From: Flavitalea sp. BT771
GTDB taxonomy: Bacteria > Bacteroidota > Bacteroidia > Chitinophagales > Chitinophagaceae
Direction: 5' to 3'
Length of the DNA: 24,000 bases
Assembly (NCBI RefSeq): GCF_030546645.1
Contig: NZ_JAUOTO010000003.1
Coordinates: 254,956 to 278,955, forward strand
In this document: one piece after another, positions 16,732-23,653 of the stretch
Layout of the letters: each line of letters opens with the position of its first letter
Numbering within the stretch: position 1 is the first letter of the stretch
Translations under genes and position numbers: made by a program
The notes under the pieces: generated by a model
Database searches by the model: none
Seen by the model: the letters and a program-made list of their open reading frames with translations, nothing else
What the model was told of the DNA's origin: nothing

Positions 16732-17219
16732 GTCTGTCGGAATTGTATGGTGGAAGCAGCAACGCCGAACTGCGCAGGCAATGTGATCTCGGCCACAGCG
16801 GCGATGCCGATCCGCAGCAGGGCCATGTGGTGCACCATGTGTTCGATGTTATAAAGCAATTCCCGGGAATAATTGGTGCGGATGGCAAAGGGCTCGGGAT
16901 CCCCGGGCGTAAGATGAGCTATCAGTATCAGATCTTTGTCCGGCCGGTCCACCGCAAGTGCTGTCGCCGACAGCTGGCGGATGGCGTGCGACAGGCTTAT
17001 TTCCAGCAGATGGCTCCGGCTGCGCCGGTCATAATTGACGGTGCCGCTGTCATATCCTTTATCCAGTTCCTGAAAGAATTCAAGGATGTGCCGGACATGC
17101 TGTCCGATGGTCGCCGTTGATAGCAGGTCGATAGGAGCAGTGTATTGATGGTCCGTGAGGGGCTCCAGTGCTTCCTGCAATTGCCGGAGTAGCTGCTGGA
17201 TGGGGTATTTTAAATGCAT
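16719..17219 (-). CDS. DinB-family (DinB_2-like) four-helix-bundle metalloprotein
   Basis: 166 aa. His-containing blocks GQHVRHILEF and IEHMVHHMALL are arranged as in the DinB/YfiT-like His triad. Its 3' end overlaps the start of the fusion gene by 13 nt. Confidence 0.6.
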   Translation of the reverse strand: MHLKYPIQQLLRQLQEALEPLTDHQYTAPIDLLSTATIGQHVRHILEFFQELDKGYDSGTVNYDRRSRSHLLEISLSHAIRQLSATALAVDRPDKDLILIAHLTPGDPEPFAIRTNYSRELLYNIEHMVHHMALLRIGIAAVAEITLPAQFGVAASTIQFRQTCAQ

Positions 17220-17234
17220 AACAAGGTTTTTTGT

Positions 17235-18139
17235 TTATTTTTTTGCGTTTTCTAATTTTGCCACCTCCGGTAAAGACATTAATACGGCTTTGATCTCAGC
17301 GAAATGCGCCCAGGGGATAAAATGATTGGCGCCCCGAAGAATGGTGGCCGTAATTTTCCGGGCGTGAATGAGCTTGTTTTTCAAGAAATCGACATTACTC
17401 ACCGGCACCAACGGATCCTTATCGCCATGCACGATCCAGACGGGACACGTGATCTTCTCCAATTCGGGCTCCATCTTTTTTGGTCGGATTTTAAATACCA
17501 GAGTTCTTCATTGGCGGGGCGCATGGCGCCGGGAACCCAGTAATTGAGGGGCGTTCTAAAGAGCAGGGGCCGCCATTTTTCCGGATCTTCCAGGTAGGGC
17601 GAAACCGAAGCTGCCAGCAACACCAGTCCCGAGAATACGCCCGGATAATCCATAGCCAGCCTGATCACCAGGGGACCTCCCATGGAATGTCCTACGGCAT
17701 AAATGGGCTTCCCATTTTTTATTTGCTGTAAAGCCGGACCTATCAATCCGGATTGTCCTTCCAGATCCCTGGCCTTCCCAAAACTGCTGAAACCGAAGCC
17801 CGGTCGGTCTATGGATACCATCCGGAATTTCTCCAGCAGGTCTTTATCCTGCATGTACTGTTCAAATGCGTTCCAGCTGCCCGGCGAGCCGTGCACAAAA
17901 AGAAGGGTAGGACACGTGTCCTTCCCTGTTTGGACATAATGCATGGCATACCCTTCCACCCGGTAAGTATGGATGAATAGTGACACGCCCTTCTGCCCAA
18001 AGCTTCGCTGTGCAGCAGGATCCTCCGTCCTGAATTTCAGGGCAAACTGCGCGAAAACCAGCCAAGCTACCGGAATAATTAACAGCAGTGTTAACATCGT
18101 CCTACCTTTTGATTTTCGCTTGTTCATGATATCCTGCAA
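17235..18139 (-). pseudogene. Alpha/beta hydrolase interrupted by a single-nucleotide frameshift in an A6 (T6 on the plus strand) run
   Basis: ORF 17399-18139 carries an N-terminal TM anchor, HGSPGSW and the elbow GHSMGG. ORF 17235-17474 carries the C-terminal CPVWIVHGDKDPLVP and GANHFIPW (Asp and His). The two join as ...LKSDQKKMEPELEKITCPVW if one more A is added to the run at 17476-17481. The total length of 905 nt is one short of in-frame. Confidence 0.75.
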
Positions 18140-18210
18140 AATAAGTAACTCCCTTACACTCTATTTGTCGGGTACTTTACTTAACCCTTACAAATGATTG
18201 TCTTTTTTGA

Positions 18211-18507
18211 GCAATAAATTACGCGGCGGGAATGCCAGTATCTCTGAAGGATTTCAGAAGGAAATAGGTTTTGGTTGACTTCTGGGCCAGTTGGTGTGGT
18301 CCCTGCCGTGCTGGAAACCCGAACGTTGTGGCGATGTACATTAAGTACAAGGATAGGAATTTTACAGTTCTGAGTGTGTCGCTCGATCAGCCCGGAGGTA
18401 AAAAAGCCTGGCTGGATGAAGATCCACAAGATCACTTGGCTTGGACCCATGTCTCCGATCTTCAGTTCTGGAACAATGCGGTGGCGAAACTCTACGGGGC
18501 TAATTGA
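18211..18507 (+). pseudogene. TlpA/AhpC-like thioredoxin-fold thiol:disulfide oxidoreductase remnant
   Basis: The frame reads ...[26 protein letters not shown]..., with an in-frame TAG at 18265-18267 where family members have Tyr. The WCGPC motif is at 18292-18306. There is no N-terminal signal or lipobox (a stop lies at 18208-18210). The sequence is truncated after AKLYG, so the C-terminal cis-Pro region is missing. Confidence 0.7.
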
Positions 18508-18565
18508 TACTATTTTAGCAAAATGTAAACGGATAATTTCACACCTGATGTTTTTTTAGAAAGCT

Positions 18566-18605
18566 GGGTTTATAACATTTATTTTTAGCGGCATATTATA
18601 AACCC
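18566..18605. repeat. 10-bp perfect inverted repeat (GGGTTTATAA ... TTATAAACCC) with a 20-nt spacer
   Basis: Read directly: 18566-18575 and 18596-18605 are reverse complements. The repeat lies between the thioredoxin remnant and the GH2 start codon at 18638. Confidence 0.5.
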
Positions 18606-18637
18606 GGTTCCCAAAATTAGTACTTATTAAATTCTAT

Positions 18638-21490
18638 ATGAAAACATCAGGCTTTTTGCTGCTGATATTTATTTGTCCGTTAATTGTAGTCGCACAAACG
18701 ACTGGCAGCAGGCAATACTCAAGAGCGCATATTTGTATAGACACCGGCTGGCGATTCGCCTATGGCCATCCGTTTGATGCCGCTAAAGATTTTAACAACG
18801 GCACGGGCTATTTCTCCTATTTTGCCAAAGCGGGCTATGGTGATGGTGCCGCCGCCGCTGATTTTGATGACAGGCCCTGGCGTAAGCTCGATTTACCCCA
18901 TGACTGGGCGGCCGAACTTGGTTTTAGCGAAAAAGGTAGCTATAGCCATGGATTTAAAGCCCTGGGTCGAAACTTCCCGGATAATAGCGTGGGTTGGTAC
19001 CGGAAAAAGCTTAATATACCACAGCAGGATTATGGGCGGCATATCAGCATTGCATTTGATGGTGTTTTCCGTAACTCTGCCGTTTGGGTAAATGGACATT
19101 ACCTGGGGACCGAGCTAAGCGGCTATAACGGTTTTGAATATGATATTACCCAACTTTTAAACTACGGCGGCGATAATACCATTGCCGTAAGGGTAGATGC
19201 TACTATGGAAGAAGGCTGGTTTTATGAGGGGGCTGGCATTTACAGGCACGTGTGGCTCAATAAAACCTCGCCCCTGCATGTTGCAGCCAATGGTACATTT
19301 GTGAGCAGCAGTGTTGTTAATAATAAGACGCTGTTAACGATTAAGACCGATATAAGCAATTACGACACCGGGGCAGGTAATTTTGCCATTGTACAAAAAG
19401 TTTATGATCGTGAAGGTCATTTGCTGGCTACCCAACAAACGGATGGCCATTCTCTGCAACCTTTTGAATCGGGCGAATACAGCAGTCAACTGGAAGTATC
19501 TCACCCTACATTATGGTCGGTTGATACGCCTTACCTGCACCGGTTGGTTACTGCCATTTTGGTAAACAATGTGCCCGTTGATGAATATGTAACGCGTTTT
19601 GGCATACGTACCCTGCGTTTTGATGCCAACACCGGGTTTTACCTAAACGGTAAAAGGCTCGAAATAAAAGGCACCAATAATCACCAGGAGCACGCGGGCG
19701 TTGGAACAGCTATACCCGACGAACTGCAATACTATAGAATAGCCCGTTTAAAGGAAATGGGCAGCAACGCTTACCGCTGCTCGCATAATCCGCCCGCGCC
19801 CCAATTGCTGGATGCCTGCGACAGTTTGGGTATGCTGGTGATTGACGAAAATCGCCTCATGGGCATAGACGAGTACCACCTGGTTAATCTGAAAAAAATG
19901 ATTGACCGCGACCGTAACCATCCAAGTGTGATCAGTTGGTCGGTAGGTAACGAGGAGTGGGGGATTGAAAACTCGGAAACCGGTGCACGTATTGCATCAA
20001 CCATGCAGGCCTTTGTAAAAAGCCTGGACACCACACGGGCGGTGACCGCAGCCTTTAGCGGCGGCTGGGGGAAGGGCTTATCAGCTGTGATGGATGTTAT
20101 AGGCTTTAACTACATAGCACAGGAAAACCCGGATGCGCAGCACCAGAAATATCCTGAACAAAAAGGCTGGGGGACCGAGGAAGGATCTACTTTTGCTACC
20201 CGTGGTGTTTATTTTAGTAACGATTCACTCCACTACAAATCGGCTTATGATGCCAAGCCCAGGCCCAATGCCTATAGCATTGAAGAGGGCTGGAATTACT
20301 ATGCCAAACGGCCTTTTTTAGCGGGCATGTTCATCTGGACGGGCTTTGATTACCGTGGCGAGCCTACCCCCTATAGCTGGCCATCTATTGGATCCTATTT
20401 TGGGATGCTCGATCAGTGCGGATTTCCCAAGGACGATGCCTGGTACCTGCAGGCCTGGTGGGGCGGCAAGCCGGTGCTGCACCTTTTGCCGCACTGGAAC
20501 TGGAAAGGCAAAGAGAACCAACCTATAAATGTATGGGCCTACAGCAACTGTGAAGAAGTGGAATTGTTTTTAAACGGCAAAGCCCAGGGCAAAAAAACAA
20601 TGGTCAAAAACGGGCACCTGGAATGGACGGTTCCCTACACCCCCGGTACGTTAAAAGCCATCGGCTACACCGGCGGTAAGCAGGTATTAACTGAAACCAT
20701 ACAAACTACCGGTGCCCCGGAAGGCATCGCCCTTGAAGCCCATAAAAACGCCCTGAAAGCCGATGGAGAGGATATCGCTGTCATTAAAGTGTGCCTGGTG
20801 GATAGAAAGGGACTGCCCGTACCTGATGCCGGTAACGAAGTGGATTTTAGGCTGGAAGGCCCCGGCAGGATCATTGGAGTGGGCAACGGCAATCCCACCT
20901 CGCTTGAACCCGATAAATATATGGATACGATTGTAAATATGCCTGTTGAGGACTTGAAAGAGTTGCCTATACCGGACACTATCGCCAAAAGCGAAACAGC
21001 CGAAACCTTTGACGACAAGGGCTGGAAAAAGGCGTTTACAAATATTGAAGATACCAGCGTAAAAGCCTGGGTCTATCGCGGCAGCATTAATTTAACTGAT
21101 GATCTAACGCGTTTGCCGCTCACCTTTTATTATAAAAGCATCGGCCGTAAGCAGTCGGTATATTTCAATGGTCATTTGTTGGCCGCCAATGTTGATTATC
21201 ATAAAGACCAGGATGTGTTTAGCATCAGTAAGGCCTTTTTAAAGCCAGGGAAAAACAGCATTGTTATTGTTGCCTTGCCCACAAAAAAGATACATCCGTG
21301 GGATAACCTTAACAAGGACCCGGGCGTAATTCAGTTTAAAGCGCCCGCCACTGCCTGGAAAAGAAAGCTATTTAATGGCCTGGCTCAGGTCATTGTTCAA
21401 TCGGACGGAAGCCATACAGGGAACATCACCTTAACTGCTACTTCAGCTGGTTTAAAGGGGAAAAGCCTTATTATTAACACCAGTAAATAG
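18638..21490 (+). CDS. Glycoside hydrolase family 2 beta-galactosidase-like enzyme (950 aa, secreted, extra C-terminal beta-sandwich domains)
   Basis: Signal peptide MKTSGFLLLIFICPLIVVAQ. GH2 blocks are WRKLDLPHDW, ISIAFDGVFRNSAVWVNGHYLG, GIYRHVWL, YRCSHNPPAPQLLDACDSLGMLVIDE and the acid/base region RNHPSVISWSVGNEEWG. Confidence 0.9.
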   Translation: MKTSGFLLLIFICPLIVVAQTTGSRQYSRAHICIDTGWRFAYGHPFDAAKDFNNGTGYFSYFAKAGYGDGAAAADFDDRPWRKLDLPHDWAAELGFSEKGSYSHGFKALGRNFPDNSVGWYRKKLNIPQQDYGRHISIAFDGVFRNSAVWVNGHYLGTELSGYNGFEYDITQLLNYGGDNTIAVRVDATMEEGWFYEGAGIYRHVWLNKTSPLHVAANGTFVSSSVVNNKTLLTIKTDISNYDTGAGNFAIVQKVYDREGHLLATQQTDGHSLQPFESGEYSSQLEVSHPTLWSVDTPYLHRLVTAILVNNVPVDEYVTRFGIRTLRFDANTGFYLNGKRLEIKGTNNHQEHAGVGTAIPDELQYYRIARLKEMGSNAYRCSHNPPAPQLLDACDSLGMLVIDENRLMGIDEYHLVNLKKMIDRDRNHPSVISWSVGNEEWGIENSETGARIASTMQAFVKSLDTTRAVTAAFSGGWGKGLSAVMDVIGFNYIAQENPDAQHQKYPEQKGWGTEEGSTFATRGVYFSNDSLHYKSAYDAKPRPNAYSIEEGWNYYAKRPFLAGMFIWTGFDYRGEPTPYSWPSIGSYFGMLDQCGFPKDDAWYLQAWWGGKPVLHLLPHWNWKGKENQPINVWAYSNCEEVELFLNGKAQGKKTMVKNGHLEWTVPYTPGTLKAIGYTGGKQVLTETIQTTGAPEGIALEAHKNALKADGEDIAVIKVCLVDRKGLPVPDAGNEVDFRLEGPGRIIGVGNGNPTSLEPDKYMDTIVNMPVEDLKELPIPDTIAKSETAETFDDKGWKKAFTNIEDTSVKAWVYRGSINLTDDLTRLPLTFYYKSIGRKQSVYFNGHLLAANVDYHKDQDVFSISKAFLKPGKNSIVIVALPTKKIHPWDNLNKDPGVIQFKAPATAWKRKLFNGLAQVIVQSDGSHTGNITLTATSAGLKGKSLIINTSK

Positions 21491-21788
21491 TAGCCGAGGG
21501 AGGTCTTGCCCTCATTTGAATGCCGCTGACTATAAATTTTGAGGGCGGAAGGCAATAAAATAAGCAATATCCTTAACGCCCAGTAAGTTTACCGATCAGA
21601 TACCCAAACCCAGCTTGCCATTATTTGGCGGGGCTGGGTATTCTCTCCATCTTTGTTCTGTCAAAAGCAACGGACACGTACCCGAATCCAATATCCGAAA
21701 AATCCGACACCCCCACAGCTTTTCCAGCTGCCCTACACCCGGCCCGTTTGCCGACTTTATGAAAACACAGATCCAATTTTTCTCTGGA

Positions 21789-21825
21789 AAACCTCTGGCT
21801 AGCCCTGGAGGTTTTTTCCTTTTTT
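21789..21825 (+). terminator. Rho-independent terminator-like hairpin with a long T tract
   Basis: AACCTCTGG-ctagcc-CCTGGAGGTT forms a 9-bp stem (two G-U pairs), followed by TTTTCCTTTTTT. On the minus strand the stem has mismatches and only 4 T follow. It lies between convergent genes, 300 nt after the GH2 stop and 104 nt after the minus-strand stop. Confidence 0.55.
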
Positions 21826-21928
21826 AAAGTCGCGCAATTTTCTGGCGTTGATCGCAGTGGCTTCCTATTTCACATTTCCGGGAAATCTTTGAGTGGTTCC
21901 CAAGAATTCATGCCTTCGGCGTGAACCA

Positions 21929-23098
21929 TTAATGCTTAATGAGATACCCAAAAACACCGTCTGTTTCACTGGCAGGACCTGCTGAGAAGTACAGCCTGCC
22001 TGGATCGGTGGTGCCTGCAGGGGGGAAGGACAGCGACCACAGTCCTTCGATCACGATCGGCTGTTTGTGTGATTGAAGCTGACCGAGATAGTCTCCATTG
22101 GGGGTAAATACGTTGATGTGTCCATCTCCAAAATTGCCAACCAGGATCACTGGAGATTTGCGGTCGAGGGCGCCGTTCTGGCTAGCAGTGAGGTTACCGT
22201 AGCCGCCATGTCCTTCACCCCTATTATCTACATCTTTATCTTCAAGGAAGGAGGCCGGCGCCATTGTCACGCCCCAGGGAGCGTTCAGGGTGCCACGGCT
22301 TGCCAATCTCTTTACGAATTGTCCATCGGTCAGGAATATGCTTACAAAACCAAAACCTGCGCCGGCCACGGGATGCCCGTCCGATCCCAATTTGGCGTAG
22401 ACGACGTAGATCGAATCACCGATGGCCTGGACGTTATAAGGAGAGTAGTCCTGTGGCAACGTGGGGTCCCGGAAGGCCAAACCGTCTGGCTTAAACGCCG
22501 TATCCCACGCGTCGATCCTCTTCAGTTCAAAATTAGCGCCATATACAAAATTACGTCCGTTAAAGGTGCCGATAGTCAAACCGGTATAGCTGCTGCTGGA
22601 GGGGTGATGGATAAATTTGGCATTGTTGCCGGAAGCCGCATTCCAGGCTGACAGTACGCCATCAAAGCCGGTGAAAGCGAACAGGGAAGCTCCACCGCCA
22701 TTCGGCAGTTTGAAGCCTTTGCCCGCGGTGAAGACGACGCCGCAGGGAAATCCCTGCGCGGAATCCGCTATATTATTGGAGGAAGGGATATTCACGGCCT
22801 TTACTTTTACACCTTCCACGCTATAGAGCTCACTGACATGACCACCTACGGAGTTCACCCAGGCAGTGCCGCTCGAAGACCAGGCGACGCCAAAGCCATT
22901 GATGAGGGTAGGGTCCAGCGGCTGGACGGGATGATATTTTGCTTTGTTGGCTACAAGGTTGATCACATCGAAATCCCGCAGGGGCTTATCATCGACATGA
23001 CCTTTTCGACAGCTAAAAGACAGTATTGCAGCCGTTGCCATTAACAGAGAGCTCGCACCAGATCTCCATCCTACAGCCGTTAATTTTTTCGTGTACAT
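21929..23098 (-). CDS. TIGR03118-like beta-propeller protein, lipoprotein
   Basis: 389 aa with lipobox LSFSC. Blocks I recall from the TIGR03118 family are DPTLINGFGVAWSS, YSPYNVQAIGDSIYVVYAK, LNAPWGVTMAP, LVGNFGDGHINVF, GLWSLSF and LYFSAGPASETDGVFGYL. Confidence 0.7.
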   Translation of the reverse strand: MYTKKLTAVGWRSGASSLLMATAAILSFSCRKGHVDDKPLRDFDVINLVANKAKYHPVQPLDPTLINGFGVAWSSSGTAWVNSVGGHVSELYSVEGVKVKAVNIPSSNNIADSAQGFPCGVVFTAGKGFKLPNGGGASLFAFTGFDGVLSAWNAASGNNAKFIHHPSSSSYTGLTIGTFNGRNFVYGANFELKRIDAWDTAFKPDGLAFRDPTLPQDYSPYNVQAIGDSIYVVYAKLGSDGHPVAGAGFGFVSIFLTDGQFVKRLASRGTLNAPWGVTMAPASFLEDKDVDNRGEGHGGYGNLTASQNGALDRKSPVILVGNFGDGHINVFTPNGDYLGQLQSHKQPIVIEGLWSLSFPPAGTTDPGRLYFSAGPASETDGVFGYLIKH

Positions 23099-23133
23099 TA
23101 GGAAGTTTTAAATGTTGTTTGGTAATGCTTTCG

Positions 23134-23141
23134 CAAACCTA
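23134..23141 (-). promoter_or_regulatory. Bacteroidota-type -7 promoter box (TAGGTTTG, matching TAnnTTTG)
   Basis: The minus strand reads TAGGTTTG, a perfect match to the Bacteroidetes sigmaA -7 consensus TAnnTTTG, 35 nt upstream of the ATG at 23098. No clear -33 TTG is seen. Confidence 0.4.
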
Positions 23142-23170
23142 CATTCTCTTCCGGCCCGTTCGGACCGGTA

Positions 23171-23203
23171 ACTTCCTAGTGGTAAATCCTGACTTCCGAG
23201 TGG
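23171..23203. promoter_or_regulatory. Direct repeat ACTTCCTAGTGG / ACTTCCGAGTGG, 21 bp start-to-start
   Basis: 23171-23182 and 23192-23203 are identical at 11 of 12 positions. The repeat lies 30-70 bp upstream of the candidate -7 box of the TIGR03118-like gene. Confidence 0.35.
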
Positions 23204-23244
23204 CGGCTCCCTTTTGGGCAAAACGGAATGTTTGACCATGCCCC

Positions 23245-23282
23245 AAAGAAAAAACCCGGCAAATTCAATACTTTGCTGGGTT
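23245..23282 (-). terminator. Rho-independent terminator (minus strand)
   Basis: The minus strand reads AACCCAGCAAA-gtattgaa-TTTGCCGGGTT, an 11-bp stem with one A-C mismatch, followed by TTTTCTTT. It lies about 47 nt after the stop of ORF 23329-23607. Confidence 0.6.
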
Positions 23283-23328
23283 CTAACTTCTTTTGATATG
23301 TCCTTTTGTGACATTGGGATACATTTCA

Positions 23329-23607
23329 TTACTCATTGTAAGAGCCGTCCGACCCCAAATTCAGAAGTCCGCCCCGACCTTCTATATCAAGACTCGCATT
23401 CGGCATCACCGAGCCCACCGCGCTGCGACCCATGGCGGCCGCGGCTATCGCCGAGGATTTTCTCTTTCTTTTCGCTGGTTTGGGCGACGCGCCGGCCGCT
23501 GTCGATGCTGCAATCCCTCCTTGCTCAGAAGGCAGCGTTTCGGTTGAACCCACCACAGGCTCCAAATTTTCTGTACTCTTGGTTTCCTTTTCGATTTCGT
23601 TTATCAT
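23329..23607 (-). CDS. Small hypothetical protein (92 aa, low-complexity, Ala/Gly/Ser-rich with a KRKRK patch)
   Basis: An ATG-initiated ORF lies 46 nt downstream of the cupin stop on the same strand and is followed by a good minus-strand terminator. No recognisable domain. Several overlapping alternative-frame ORFs exist in this GC-rich stretch, so coding status is uncertain. Confidence 0.35.
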   Translation of the reverse strand: MINEIEKETKSTENLEPVVGSTETLPSEQGGIAASTAAGASPKPAKRKRKSSAIAAAAMGRSAVGSVMPNASLDIEGRGGLLNLGSDGSYNE

Positions 23608-23653
23608 AAATTTAATTTTAGAGGATTAAATGTTGCTCCATTCGCAGCCTACC

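Noticed and set aside
21631-21700. GGGGCTGGGTATTCTC... resembling the 5' end of tmRNA (GGGGCTGA...)
   Set aside because: No tRNA-like 3' end (GGTTCGA.TCC...CCA) or tag-reading-frame context follows within the next 400 nt. The resemblance is limited to a few bases.
21615-21827. 70-aa plus-strand ORF in the long intergenic gap
   Set aside because: It starts with a non-ATG codon, has an odd composition and reads straight through the terminator hairpin and T-tract. It is more likely non-coding.
22073-22651. 192-aa plus-strand ORF inside the TIGR03118-like gene
   Set aside because: It is an antisense shadow ORF. The minus-strand frame carries the family blocks and a lipoprotein signal.
23214-23609. 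131-, 84- and 65-aa plus-strand ORFs opposite the small 92-aa ORF
   Set aside because: There are no motifs, and these ORFs run across the minus-strand terminator hairpin and promoter region. The GC-rich sequence generates open frames on both strands. They are not clearly better than the minus-strand ORF, which at least has a matching terminator.
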